Below are positions 1 to 14,699 of a stretch of 64,000 bases of DNA, one piece after another (the stretch's first letter is position 1; every line of letters starts with the position of its first letter). The stretch comes from the human T2T-CHM13v2.0 reference genome, Homo sapiens. Location: assembly GCF_009914755.1 (NCBI RefSeq), contig NC_060940.1; one strand, 5' to 3'. Below the pieces are notes generated by a model that ran no database searches, had not been told where the DNA came from, and worked only from the letters and a program-made list of their open reading frames with translations. A program made the position numbers and the translations under genes.

Positions 1-181
1 CATATACATATATGTGTATATATACATGTACATATATGTATGTATAAATATATATGTATATACATATGTATGTGTGTATATACAAGCACATATTTACATA
101 CACATGTGTATATATGTATACATATATGTGTGAATATACATGTATATATGTTTATAAGTACGCACACACACATGCACACAT

Positions 182-219
<38 letters not shown>
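1..219. repeat. Degenerate (TA/TATG)n running into (CA)n microsatellite
   Basis: Directly visible alternating purine-pyrimidine tract. Confidence 0.95.
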
Positions 220-223
<4 letters not shown>

Positions 224-684
224 GAAGACACAGAAGCCCACTGCTTGCATTTTCCTGCCAAAGGATTACTTTAAGGATTTCCATGCAGTTAGCTGAGACC
301 CTGTAGCTGAAGTACCTTTAGGCTTGACCTCAGGATCCAAGTCAAGACCCTGCTTTCCACAGGCACATCCCAGCCAATGACTGAGCATGGTGAGTTTATT
401 AAAGCCTGGCCGTTTATGTGCAACATGAGACTCCTTTTAAGAGTAATGTTTGCTCCAGGGGTCCCATTGTTTTGGTCAAGATGTTGTCAGATCTACATTG
501 CCTTATACTGCTTTTTCTCCTCTTTGATCGCATGGGTAGAAGATCTGCATTTGATAAGAGGAACTTCCATGTCCAAGTCGGCTACATACCCCTTTTATTT
601 TTCACAGTCATAAGCCCCTAATAAGCCATTGGCACTACTATCTCTGTCTCAGCATTCTATTTTCCAAAGGACCCAACTAATACA
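220..684 (+). mobile_element. Old ERVL-class solo LTR (LTR16-like)
   Basis: Motifs cccagccaatgactgagcatgg and gcctggcc, and 3' end ggacccaactaataca, resemble the LTR16 family. Confidence 0.55.
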
Positions 685-3178
685 CATCTTTTGTTCCCCA
701 CAAAGGGGGTATTTGCTTTCCATATGCTTACAGACTTTAAAATCTAAATGTTCAAGGCCATTGCCTCTTTTTTTCTTGTTTTTCTAATAAAAAATGTTAA
801 ACAATGTTCTTAATCTATTTCTGCTTAGCTTGTATAACCTCCTTTAAAACACACACACATTTTATCAGTCTCAATTCTTTTTTTTAAGAGAGAGGTCCTC
901 AAAGATAGAGTCTAATTTAGATTCTTAGGGACAACTAACACTTACTGCTTTCATTTGAACACACTCAAGCATAATTTTGCAGACATTTACCCAAAAATGT
1001 TTACATTCCACTCATACATATTTATGTTTCATCTAAAGAACTTAGTCTGACTTTTATCGATTATTGAATTTAGCTTCTATTTTTATTTAAATTGTGTCCA
1101 CCTTACTTAAAAACCTCAACTTCATTCACCCAACATTACTAAGAAAATATTCTGTGAATTCTTCAAGTATCATCTATCTCCATTACACTATCCACGATAA
1201 TGCCAAATAAACTTTCTAAACTATAAATCAGACAATTTGATATCTGTCAGATTGGAAGTGATAAAACTAAAATGAGTTTGTGTTGATATATATACACATT
1301 ATGCTGAATAAAAATGTAAATATTAAATGTTGCTGACAACAGTTAATTAAACAAATGGCAATCTATATCACTGAAACTTATAATTGTCCAAATCCTCTCA
1401 CTTAGCAGGGGGCTTTTATTATTTATACCTCATAGTAATTTATTCCTAAGAAACAAATTATCTAAATGACATTACCATGCTACCTTTATTTATGGTGGAA
1501 AAAGTCTGTCTTTTGAAATGGATTATGAGATACTTGTAGACTGAGATTAGCCTTTGTGATTTTTTTCTCCCTATATTTAATCCAGTGCCTGGCACACAGT
1601 GAATGTGTATAGGTATGTCAATAGGTATTTTCTGGATTAATGTCTATTTTGCAGTGGCAATGGTGAACAAAAAGACCCAATTGAACAAATGGCCAAGAAG
1701 AGAACATTACTCAGGTCCATTTTGGCATCTAACACATTTCTGTCTTACAGAAGACCCTGTGCCATAGTTATTACCTATTAAACTGAAGTTCAAAACAAAT
1801 TTGACATTAGTATCGAAATAAAAAACCAGGGTGTGAGTCCCACCTCTGCTATGAACTCTGCCACTGTAACTTTGGCCAAGTTATAGGACATCTCAAACTT
1901 GAAGGCAGCCACCTGCTCTGCCATTTCAGGATCATCAAGGGACCCAAATGAGAAAAAGTTTAGAACAGACTTCCTTCTTGGCTGCGGAAGGATATATAAT
2001 TATACCCCTAATTAATGTGTTTTACAAGAGTTCTTTCCTGTTTCCAAATCTAAATTCAATTTTACGCCCTGACCTATTTATATATAAATGTACTTTTCCT
2101 CAGTATTAAACGTATTAAGATTTTACCCTTTGAATTTAAAAGAAAAAAGCAGGGGTAGTCTTTAAATTTTTAATTTAGTTAATAACTGAATTAATGGTAA
2201 GTCATAGAAATTTATCTCAACAGCGCTGAAAAGTCATGAATCAAAGAAATAATAATATATGTATATGTGCCTGTACATTGAATTTTTCTATTTGGAAACT
2301 TACATACAATACCACTGGATATAGAAGAAAATATACAAAAAAAATTGCTTTTTAAACAATAATTGTTCTTAATAATAGTTTTTAAATGTGCTACAACAAA
2401 ACTTCACAGGATTTACAAGTCAGACAAAATATGTTTGATCTCTTAATATACTGTTAAATTAAAACATTAAAAACATATATCTTCATTTATTAAAAACTTA
2501 TTTTTATAAAGCTATTTTTTAACCTGGTTTAAAAAGGCTGTTTGTTAGATAACTTACTTCATGGCTTATAAAATCTGTACCACCAGATCACAGGGTATTA
2601 GCTGGATTTAATATTGACCATAATAATATCTTCATAAGAGCTCTAATGGATATATATGTATTGTGTTTTACAAGGAGGAATCTAGTAGCAAATGTAATAA
2701 TATCTAAAGTGCACTGAATGATTACCACATGACGTGCACTGTGTGTTTGGTATTTATTGTTTTATCTGATCTTCTTCACAGTATTATGTGGTACGTTCCA
2801 TACCCATTTTACAGATGTGCAAATTGGAACTTAGATACTTTTCAAGCATCACACAGCCAATAAGCAACTGAATTTTCACTTAAATCTACTATTTAAGTTT
2901 CTCTGATATATAAGCACATTCTTCCCTTTATTCCAGGATGAAAAATGGTGTCAGATCATGTGTTAAATAGGTGATATCCTACAAATGCTCTGTGATTTGT
3001 CGTAATCAGCATCAAAAATGGTTGTAGGGCTCACTGTGTACCTCATGTCGCATATTCAAATATTATTGATGCAGGCAGTGAAGTACTTACACATAATATT
3101 TCATAACCCAAATCCCAAGAAAAGCATTTCCCTGAAGCAAAAACATGGCAAATATAATTCGAAATTTAGGCCACAAAC

Positions 3179-3298
3179 CTGTTTCAGGCTCAATGGAAAA
3201 ATAAGGCTGCCCTTCCAATATACTATAAACCAACTTTGCACTGTTTCCATAAACTGGGTCATCAGCGTCGGTCGCAGTGACGTTAGTGACAGATGTAC
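3179..3298 (-). CDS. CDH8: Cadherin-8 internal coding exon (120 bp; EC2; probably exon 4), absent from the ORF track
   Basis: Minus strand reads (G)[39 protein letters not shown](A), in frame with the 295-bp exon (G|GT = Gly). Contains the DADD motif and an NVT sequon. Acceptor ttttttctttctctattttattag|GT; donor ACAG|gtttgt. Confidence 0.96.
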
Positions 3299-4127
3299 CT
3301 AATAAAATAGAGAAAGAAAAAAGATAATAATTAACACATTGTCCTTTGCCAAGAGCTACATTTTGTCAAGTATTTTATACAGAAATCCATGTGTAGGGAA
3401 TAAAAGGAAAAGAAATCTTTTTAAAAAGTTGAAGATAAACTGCTCTCTCATAACTTCAACAATATCTAAGTCTTTTAAAAGAAAGAGTCCTGGAGTACTA
3501 TATAAAGATACTTTTAGTATCTGTATTATTTAAGATTACTTTGTAGCTTTCATTTTAAAGATAAGTATTAGAAGCATGCAGGCTTGGGGAATATGCAAAG
3601 GAATCCTAACAAAGGAATATGAAATATAAGGTTAATAATATAATATACCATGTCACATTTACGTCTTACAAAAGTACAACTAAATGTACCTGGAAAAATT
3701 GGCTGCTGAAAAGCTGTACAGAAATATCAAAAGAATATTTTATACCATCTTGTTTAATTATTCAGAATATAAAATTAGATCTGAGTCACCAATTAATCAT
3801 CTTGCTTACATAATTAGGCATAATGGATAACAGAATCATAACCTTTTTTTCAAATTTATTTTTTATTCACTCATTCATTCAACAATTGAGCATATACAGT
3901 TTGCCTGTTATGGAGTATATATATAAAAATATAGGGGAAATTTAATGCCAAGATGGGGAGCGTTGGCTTTACCCTGTAGGAAATAGGGAAGAAATTTCAG
4001 TTAAAGAGCAAACCTATACATTTTGGATTTAAAGAGCAACCAAATCTCTATACATTTTGATGCCATTAAAAAAAATAACTTCCACCTGCCTCCCCAAGTA
4101 TATTGTTGGCAGACATGTAAATAATCA

Positions 4128-4162
4128 AACACACACACACACACACACATACACACACACAC
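4128..4162. repeat. (CA)n microsatellite
   Basis: Directly visible. Confidence 0.95.
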
Positions 4163-4636
4163 AACAAATCTTTACACTCAAAAAGCTCGCAGTTCGAGGG
4201 GGAATAAGAGGAGGAAGGGTCAAACAAATAGAGAAGGAAATTCAGCTGAATGCAGTAGCACCAATTATGGATCTCTCACTTAGTCCAGCACAGACAGGGT
4301 GATCAGGAACATTTTCTAACAGAGGTTGCCTTTGAGTTAAATCATCAAAGAAAGGTAGAGTTTAACCAGGAGAAGGAATTCTAAGCAAGAACATAAACAT
4401 AAGAAAAGGCAAAGTAGTGGGAGAGACTATGGGAAGTTCTGGGAACTCCTGAAAATGGAAAGAAATTGAAAAAGTCTGGTGTGGTAACAAGAATCACATG
4501 CTGTGAGGTCAGGGCCAATGTCTTCTTCATGCAGCAAGTGCTGGAAACATAATGGTTATTGAATATACCTTTACTCATTGAATAAATGGGTGAGTGAATA
4601 AATTATCTGACGATTTAATGAGAAACAGCAGGCAGG

Positions 4637-5060
4637 TGTTACAGATTAGTTTCCTTGGAAGTAGACTCTGAGATAAAGACTTCTTGCTAAACTTTCACTG
4701 GAGAGCATTTTAAATCAATATCTATGGGGGGAGTGAAAAGGACAAAACTGGACAGAAGCATCTGGGATGTGATGCAGTCACAACGAAAGCCTCATTGGAC
4801 TCCATAGGGCTCTAGAGATGGCATGCCCGTTGAGGAAATGGGCCAAGCTTTTATATTCCAGCAGGAAACAGTTACAGCATGCAAGATGCCCCCTGAGAAC
4901 GGAGCCTTAGTCTTGGCCCAAGCAGCTCCCTTCAGGGGAGGACAACTACAAAATGGTGGCAGGGAGTATCGGTGTTGGGCTGTCAGAAATCAACATGCTC
5001 AGCAGCAACTAGGGGAAAAGCAGCATACCTCAGTGTTTACTGAAATAGGGTAGAACTTTA
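4637..5060 (-). mobile_element. Old ERVL-class LTR (LTR16/LTR33-like), diverged
   Basis: Begins tgttacagattagtttccttggaagtagactctgagata, resembling the reverse of an ERVL LTR 3' end; boundaries approximate. Confidence 0.45.
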
Positions 5061-5793
5061 GCAAGATCTAGTCCGTCAATATCTTTTGGAAGTGTTTTGA
5101 ATTACAGTCACTCCAAGTGAAAAGATAATAATAATATTTGTTGAGCAGTTGATAGTCCTGTAAAATTGGAATTTCTACTCAGAATGATGACTCAGAGGTT
5201 CTACAAAATCTGCAGTTATAAAAAAATGCAACTCAATGCCTCTTGTGTAACACATTCCACCAGATGCAAGTAACTCATCAACTAGCTAGCAAAAATGAAC
5301 ACATGAGAGTACAATAGTTGTAGCTATTTGAGTATTACATAAGATGCAGAAGAATTGGGAGTAAAACCTTCTAGGTAAAAGGAAGATAGTGAGATAAAAT
5401 TGCCAAAAAATACTCAGAAAGAGGGATGACAGGACAGAAAAAGTCTGCCACCAAAGCTAAGCCTGGACATGAAATTAAGAAGAAAATATAGGGGAATTTT
5501 CATGCCAAGATGGGGAGCACTGGCTTTACCCTCTAGGAAATATGGAAGAAATTTCAGTTAAAGAGCAAACCCATATTGTGGGCCACTCTCTCTGTTAGGG
5601 CCTCCGGATTTAATTGGAAGTAGAGACACAGATTAGGAGACCAGACTTGTTATGAGGTTACAACAGTAGTTCAATTAAGAGAGGATAAAACATTAACACT
5701 GGGTAATGACAATAGAAGTGGATATCAACGTTAATTTCCCTGTTTTGATCTTTGTGGTAAGGTGTTAAACTGAAGGTAAACTGAGTCAGGGGT

Positions 5794-6430
5794 TGCTATG
5801 GTTTGGATGTGTCTCCTCCAAAATTCAGGTGTTGCTAACATAACAATATTAAGAGGTGGGGCCTTTAAGAGGTGATTGGGCCATGAGGGCACCTCCCTCA
5901 CAAGAGATTAGGTGCTTTTGTTTTTGAGAGGGAGCCTTGCTCTGTCGCCCAGGCTGGAGTGCAGTGGTGTGATCTTGGCTCACTGCAACCGCCTCCAGGG
6001 TTCAGGCGATTCTCCTGCCTCAGCCTCCTGAGTAGCTGGGATTACAGTGTGCTCCACCATGCCCAGCTAATTTTTGTATTTTTAGTAGACACGTTTTTCA
6101 CCATGTTGGCCAGGGTGGTCTCTATCTCGTGACATCGTGATCTGCCCACCTCTGCCTCCCAAAGTGCTGGGATTACAGGTGTGAGCCACCTTTCAGTGCC
6201 TGATTAGGCACCTTTATAAAAGAGCTTAACAGAGGGAGAGACAAACTCCCTTTCATCATAAGAGAACACAGTGTTCCTCTTCTTCAGATGACAGTACGAA
6301 GGGCTTCACCACATGCTGCACCTTGATTTTGGACTTCCCAGCCTCCAGAACTGTGCGAAAATAATTTTTTCTTTATTAATTAACCCGTTTTAGGTATTTT
6401 GTTATAAGCAGCACAAGACAGACTAAGACA
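5794..6430 (+). mobile_element. MaLR MST-family solo LTR interrupted by an Alu
   Basis: tgctatggtttggatgt...gactaagaca termini; perfect 5-bp TSD GGGGT at 5789-5793 and 6431-6435. Confidence 0.85.
5916..6190 (-). mobile_element. AluS-type SINE inside the MST LTR
   Basis: Canonical antisense Alu; flanks gattaggtgc / gattaggcac resemble a TSD. Confidence 0.93.
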
Positions 6431-8193
6431 GGGGTATGTAGTAACTATTTTTGCAACTTTTCTGTAAGTCTAAAATTAGTCCAAAAATTAAAGAAAAAGA
6501 ATGAATAATAAGAAAAAGACACCAGAGTTACCGAAAGAACTAACAGAGTTCAGAGACTTATGAGAAAGATGTCTCTTCATGTAGAAGACCATATAACAAT
6601 TTATTTTTTTGCTTTGTTTTGTAGTCTAGTGTATTCACTTTCATTTTTTAAGGAGAAATTATGTTCCCATATTGTGAAGTAACACATTATCAGAAAAAAA
6701 AAATAAGTCAAGATGTAATATTCAGTATGATATTAAGTTAATGAATCTGAGAATTTAGTTCCAGTCACTGCATATGTAATCGAAAAAGAAAAGTGAACAA
6801 ATTGTCAAAACTTCCTGTCATTACCAAATTTCCTTCTAGTGGGTGACTCTTAAATTAGGAAATGCCTTCACAGAGAAAAAAACATATCCAAATATTTTCT
6901 GAAAAACCGTGTTGTTTTATTTATGCACAGGCTTCGTGCGTTTGGTCAGAGTAGTATGGGGTTAACAGTTTTGAACATAAAATAGTTCTGACGTCTTCTG
7001 AAACGCTTATCTGTTTCTTTGAGCAAATACTTTAACCTGTCTTAGCCTCAGATTTAAATCTACAAAATATAATAGGGTTATTGTGAGAATTAAACAAAAT
7101 AATATATGTAGGTACCTATCACAGAAATAACAACATGCTAAGCCAGTGAGTACTAAATGTCTCTGTATTAGGTTTTACCCTCTGAAAAACAGACCCCTAA
7201 TGTCCCTTCCAGATCTATGGAATAATAAAATGGAGACACATTTCTAAAAAATATTTTCAGGCAGTTTGATACAAAATAATAGTTAAAAATGCCTGTAGTG
7301 TGCACCAAACTTTTTAAAATTTAGCTTCATCCATTCTCCCTAGAGACACTAATTTCTATTGTGATTACTTTGAAGAACTACTATTCAGATTCGTTTGTAA
7401 AGTGAAGTATTCTTTTTTCATACTCCATAGTCATGCAAACTGTTTCCTGTTAAATGGAAGATAGGATATTTTCTCTGGAGCTTACAAGACTGATGATGAA
7501 CATATCTATTTCTGTTGATCTTATCTTATTATGAGAGGCAGCCCATCATGTTATTACTGGTGCTGGAGTAAGGGGTTGGGTTTCTATCTTCTACATGCTC
7601 TGTGATTCAGCTTTTCATATGCAAAGACAAACAATTTTTATTCTACAAGCCTCAAAGTTTTGCGTGAGGATCACATGTAATCACATGAAGTATAGAAAAG
7701 TGGTTGAGAGGATACATGTGGAGTCAAAATGTCTTCAACCAGAACATTTCTTTTACATTTCATCTCCAACATTTACTAGCTCTGTGTTCTTGGCCAAGTA
7801 ACAAAAGTTTTCCAAGCTTTGGTTCCCTAATCTTTAAAAAGGAAGGTGAACATTATTGTTACATCATCATAGCCTTGGTGAGATAATTATATGGATTACT
7901 GTATGCAAAGAGCACAGAAGAGTTATTGACACTACGAGCTTACTGTCACTATTGTTATATTATGTGTGTATACAGGTAAAACTAACAAACTAATCTTTTA
8001 CAATTTTAGATGGTAGTGAATGCTTTAATTTATAATTAAGTGTAGTTTTGCATAATGGCTTTGACAATAGATTTCATTAAATTTGGGGGGAAACACAAAA
8101 AGACAATCTCAAATGTAGCAATATATCCACACGCTTAGAAAGAAAGTGATTTTGTTAGTAAAACTGCTCAAAAGAAAACACACACAAACACCA

Positions 8194-8195
<2 letters not shown>

Positions 8196-8229
<34 letters not shown>
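8196..8229. repeat. (CA)n microsatellite
   Basis: Directly visible. Confidence 0.95.
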
Positions 8230-8233
<4 letters not shown>

Positions 8234-10320
8234 CTCATTATCTCATTCTTCCATCCAGTCTACTAATCTATCTCACATCACCTTTCTCTTTGGTATAAAA
8301 TTGCTCTGAGAGCAAAAATAAAAAGTATTTTATAAACAAAAGTGTACTATGTAAAAGCTTATACATTAAGCAGGAGGCTAGACACCGGGCACATCATCAG
8401 TACAAGTTTCTCATTGTTATTTGAATGGATGGCATTTTGAATGAATGCCATATCTCCCAGTCCATGCCAAGATGAACTACTGGGCTGGGGACTGCAACAG
8501 AGCTAAGACAAGCTTTTACCCATGTACTCATCCAGAATATTTCTGCCTGATGTCTGGCTTCCTGGAAATCCACATCCTTCAGCTTTAGACATCTGAAAAT
8601 GAAAAGGCAGCACTACTTTCCGTCAAGGACGATATTTCTCCTAATAGTGACTCAAGACTGTTGATGCACCTGTACACTGGAATAGATGTGTGTAGAGGTT
8701 TTGTGGGTGCATTTGTCAAGTGATTGCCCATGGGGGAAAAAATGGATGTTTCGAGGTTAATCTTTTAGCAGAAAAGATTGCTAGTCAAGCAGCAATGCAC
8801 ACTTCTCCATGGATATGCATACAGAATGCAGACCACGAAGGCAAATTGAAATGTGTAAACCTTGCAGGATAATGTTTCTTCAAAGCTGCAAGTGTTGGTG
8901 TGTGATAAATAGGACCCTGAGTAATACCCAGGAAATATAACAACCAGGATTCTCTGTTTGTGTTTTCATTTGGAACTGTTTTTGTCCCTTTGTCAAGGAT
9001 ACAAGAGACTCATTTAGCTAGTGACTATAAATTTGACACTGTGCCATTTCTCCAAGAAAGCCCCTATTATAATCCAACTTGATACTGATCCTAATTATAA
9101 TAATATAGCTGTTGTATTTCCAGCTGTTGTCAACAAAAATGATCCCTGTCACCACAATTCAGCCTGCTAGTATCAAGCCGAGTATGAACACATCAATTCC
9201 AAGGTGAATTCTGCATTAAACAAACTTTTTTTTTCTTTTTTGCATTTAGTTTGTTTCACTCGTTTAAGTGAAATTTGCCAATGTGCTGCTCGGATTTTAA
9301 TTAACAAAAGGCTTACAGTATCATGTGCCTCTTGCCACACCTGAAAGTTTCCTCCCATTAGCAGCAGGACCCATTTTTCTCCCCTTCCACATAATAACAG
9401 CAAAAACTACAGGCAAAATTAACCATCAAAGATGCTACACTGTCGGGGTGGAGGTTCCAGTTTGCTGATAAACTAAGATGAAAGACCTTCAGGAAAATGA
9501 GATGTTGGGGTTTGGGTAGTGCAGCTGTGTTAGCGAGGCTATACTTTTTTTTATGAGTAAGTCAGCACACCAATTCTGCACATTATTCAGAAAGAAAAAT
9601 GCTGGTGCTGACACCCTGATCAGGAAAACGACAGTTTGGTGCAGCGTAAAAATGTGCCCACTGGAAAAGCTAAAACTCTTATGATCAGAAGAAGACAAAT
9701 TCCATTTGCAAAGAGTCATTTGCAATACATTTTTAGAGAATCAGCATTCCAATACCAGGTGGGAAAATAAAGGGGCAGAACCTTTGCAATAACTAAAATT
9801 CAGAACAATGCACATTCTTGGTCTTCTACTATGCTCTTCAAACTTTTTATTTGACCTGCTAGTTATCCTGTTCCAAGTGCAGTATGTACAATCCACAGAC
9901 AAAGTGTTTGGCATTATCATCTGAAAATGTCTTACTTAAACATTCATGCATCCCAAAGATCACTGGCCTAAAAGGTCATAGCAATGATGCAACTGCGTTC
10001 ATTTATTTTAATAAAACTGAGCCCTCAACCCAACTCCTCTCATCCTTATTAATTCCCCTAAGTACTGTGCAATACAAATAGGTGTTGGGAGCACAGGGGT
10101 TGCCATGACAACCTTTTTTGGGTTGTTGTATAGCAGAGCAATAATTTCATAAGGCCTGCATTACTTGTTGATGTTTAAATTATTCCTCACTAGAAGTAGA
10201 AGCTTCTGGTCCTGGATGTTTTAAATGTGTCAGACAGAATTCATTATTTATTAGTTTTATGGAAAAATGCTCTGGGATACTTCTGTACTGACTGTCACAT
10301 ATTTCTAGAGGTTTTATGTG

Positions 10321-10407
10321 TGTTGGTTGGTTGGTTGGTTGGCTGGATGTCCGGTTGGTTGGTTGGTTGGTTGGTTGGTTGGTTGGTTGGTTGGTTGGTT
10401 GGTTGAT
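10321..10407. repeat. Interrupted (TGGT)n tetranucleotide repeat
   Basis: Directly visible; source of the NQPT-repeat ORFs. Confidence 0.95.
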
Positions 10408-12016
10408 TGAAAGTCTCCACCCCCTCCCCATCACACTGCTTCCCCAACCAAGTTACCACAGAGCACCGACCTGATGTGCTGAAGGAAAAAGCTGAGAAAT
10501 AAGTGTATGCAGCCCATGCATTCATTTTTCTTTGCATCTCTCTGACTGATACCATAGTCTTCAACATTCATTTCTCTTGAAGGGCCTCAAGCAAATTCCC
10601 CCAGCAGGAAGCATGCCCTAAATTCTACCAGTATTTTTCAGTTTTGCTATTAGCTACCAAATATCCAAACCTCCAAGGGGCAACTTAGGCGTGTCTTTGC
10701 AGGGGGAGGAGGATTAAACATGGATCAGCCAAAGTTAGGGCTTCTTTTTTAACCCTGGATATGGAGATTTCATCCCCAGCCAAGCTCTAGGGGAAATAAA
10801 TACTGAATTATTACCATCTGACCATTCAACTACAAGCAAGAAGACAGGGATTCCAATTCTTTCCAGGAACTTCTGCTCTGAATTACAGTTGGTTAACTGC
10901 AAGAGTAATGTCAAGCTGATAACAGAAGATCAAACCCTTCTCTTTTGTGGGTAATCAGTCTTGCCATTTAGAAAAGCCAGTTGAATAAGAGGCAGAGGCA
11001 GCATGTGCTTGCCATTTTGCTTCAGAAACCTCTCTTTTATGACACATACCACACAATGGAATCCTCAATGATTAGTTCCCTATCTTTCTTTTTTTGCAAA
11101 GGCCTACTCGCTGCTCACTGGGTGTTCTCCTTATGTGCCAACTCTCAGCCTGTAGTGAAATGTTGCTGCCAAATTCCACATGCTCCAAATTAAGTTTATT
11201 ATGGGAATGGAGACAGATTCTTAACTGCAGTCAGGCGGATGGACAGCACCGAAATGTATCCTGTCATTTCTCTGGCTCCATGATTTGGGACATAAACCGG
11301 GGAAATAAAATTCAGTTTACATATTTTATTCTGGAGAATTTAGGGAACCAAACAATTTTGTAACTTAATGAAACATCCATGCACACTTAACATTGTGTTT
11401 TTAGAATGAGCCTGAAACTTTCTGAAACAATTAAACACTTTAGAAAATGTGTTTGAGCACACGGATGTCTTCTATTCACCCATGCATCATTCCAGCAAAC
11501 ATCTGTAATGTGCATTGGGTGAGAGAAATGGAAAATATCATATGAAAATGTGTAACTGTAGAATCTTAGACACGTTTATATGCACAGAGGGGAACTACCT
11601 TCTGTATCCTTCACAAACAATGCTAGCATGGTAGCCTACCCACTGCTTTTGCAAACAGATAATGAGGGCAATTGGAGGCCTGGTTGTGAAAACTAATAAG
11701 CTGCCTGTTTTATAGTTCCATGTGCATAAATACACCTTTTTGGAATTGGGGCGGTTCTATTTCTAATACAACAGAAAAAGAAAAGTATTTTCTTTTCATG
11801 GGCTGCTTATTCCCAGGAATCAAACCTTTGCTAATTTGTTACCTATGGAATGAAATCCTGTAAATGCTTGAGAACTAAATAGCACCATAAATGCTTTAGA
11901 CTGGCAGCTATCGATATCCATACTGACTTTGAGAAATTATGCTACTGGTGGCACCACAGATGCCCAGATGCCTTCTACGGTATGTGACAACTACAGCAGG
12001 TAGAAATGTCATTCAT

Positions 12017-12323
<307 letters not shown>

Positions 12324-14699
12324 CTAATCTATTCAATCACACAATGGCTATTTGCACAGTATATACTATATGCCAAGCACCAACTTAGATGCAAAGGGTA
12401 TAAGAATATGCAAGAGAGCTAGACTTTCTCTCCTAATAGCATTTGAAGTTTACTTTAGCAGTGTTTTCACCTGGTTTCTCTTTATTGTAAGAAACTGCAA
12501 ATCTTCATTAAATGTATTTTCTCGAAGGCAGCATGATGTAATTGAAAGTACAGATATATAGTGTATACACTATATACATACTACATATACATATAAAATT
12601 GTAGCATACATAGAATTATATAGTGTGTGTGTGTATATATATATACACATTATATAATTATAATATCAGATGTTTCTGTTGACTTTATTTGATTATACTG
12701 AGATCATATTCTACATCATGACTTAACACCCTTACACAGGAAGAGAATGTTTTTACATCAATAAGACTCCATTGCTTTATTTAAAAAATAGAATAGTACC
12801 ACCTACTTCCTATTCTTATTCTGAGGCTCCATAAAAATAACATACAATCAGTATTCTCCAGGTGAGAGAATTTTGGTTGAGACACACTCTGTGCTCTCCA
12901 GAGCAAGCTACTTTATTTTTATTTAACAAAGTATAAATTTAAGGCCAAGATGCATGAGAACAGAGATATAAGCATTACAGTGGCTGTTCGTTTTTTTTGT
13001 CCCTCTAGAATGAGCTTACTTTTCTAGTTAAAAGCCAGGACTTTAAAACATAATAATAGTGTAGCTGGGGTTACCCTCCCTTTTCCAATGTGAGAGACAA
13101 AATCCTATCAAATTTCAAATGTGACAAAGTGAAAAGCCACTGAGCCACTGAGCTACTGAGGAATGAGAGTCTTAGATGAAAAAGGTTTAATTTCACAATC
13201 ATTACAAGAACTATGAGTTCACAGAGTTTTTAAAAAATATTTACTAACTGACACGAAATATAATATCCTATACATGCCGCCATCAATGACATAGCTAAAA
13301 TGGAAGTAAATTAGGCTAATCTCCTATTTGAGCCCTTCATTGTTTTAATTTTTTTTAATTGAAATCCTGCTGTGTCAAGCTTCAGAAACTGCGGTTAGAA
13401 GATTCTTGCTTTCTACAAGGGTAGACCAGTAGGAGAGCCAAAATGGAACAATTAGCTACTAAATGATGTGATCAAATGCAGTGGGTGACACAGAAATACT
13501 GAAGAATGCAGGAGGGGCAGATAAACAGTTAAAGCAAAGTTTTTGGTATGAGGGGACTTTGATATTGAAATCAGGCAGAAAAAGATAATCTCAGGTCAAT
13601 GTTCACAGGTGGGGCTGCAAATCTAGAAGGGTACCCATGAATTTGACTAATCAGTTTGGAGCTTATTTTAGGAGAATGGAAAGTTAGTAAAGGGTTTTAA
13701 ACAACCCTTTCCACCAATTACCCAGAGCTTTGTAATATTCCCAACTACTTTATTTACCCACTACTCACTCCATTTCTGTGATTCCACAACTATCCACATA
13801 GCTCAATCTGACCCAGATTCCAGATTTAGTTGATTCCTAAGTTGAATCATTCCCTCTTCTGAACTCTCAAAATACTTTACTTGATTGTCTCTAGGGGCAC
13901 CTTTTACTTTTATATATAAATTGCAGTGCATACAGATTTTCCCCTTTTAGACTAAAAGCTTCTTAGGAACAATATTCTTTCTTATTCTCTCAACTTTCCC
14001 CTCTCATCCTCCCCTCCAGAATTAACCCATTCCTTGATAACATGGCTCCGTCACTTTGTTCAAATTATAAGCATGAATCTACATTGTCCTTGTTATACAA
14101 GTGCTGAGAACTATACCTGATATGAAATATTTATTCATTTAATCTTTGCAACAAGCCTCTGAGTCTGCTATGAATATCTGAATTCAAACAGAAGGAATAA
14201 AGCCTGAATTTATAAGGACACGAGAATGCTCCCAAATCTGCCCTTTTAACTGCTACACAAACACTATAATGTTTCTGAATTTTACATCTTCAAATGCAGA
14301 GAATATGAACTAGTATTTTTATTTTTCTCCCTAGCACTTCAGAAAATGCTTTGCATAGAAATATTCATTGGGTAAATATATAAATAAGAGAGAATTAATA
14401 GCTTATTTTCTTTTGGAAGATATTCAGAGATTAATGTAGCACATTGATCATGTTCTGAATTATGTGTTATGTCTACTGTTTTGTCTTCTTTTCATTTTGA
14501 ATTTATTAAAGAATAACGGTAAGGGTTTTCTCTACTCTTAAAAGGGTAGTCATGACCTTGTCTTCTTAGAGTTGAACCCAGTCCCAACATAAGCCAGAAT
14601 TAGCTTCAAACGGAGGCTAGTATGATATTAAACTCTCACTTAAGCTCCTGAAAACTTCCTATAGAGGAAATAATGAACTGAGGACATTATCACATTATC

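Noticed and set aside
3018-3302. Plus-strand 94-aa ORF overlapping the 120-bp exon
   Set aside because: Antisense shadow of the real minus-strand exon; no independent coding signal.
10180-10567. ORFs with NQPT repeats resembling a mucin-like or surface protein
   Set aside because: They are simply the translation of the (TGGT)n microsatellite.
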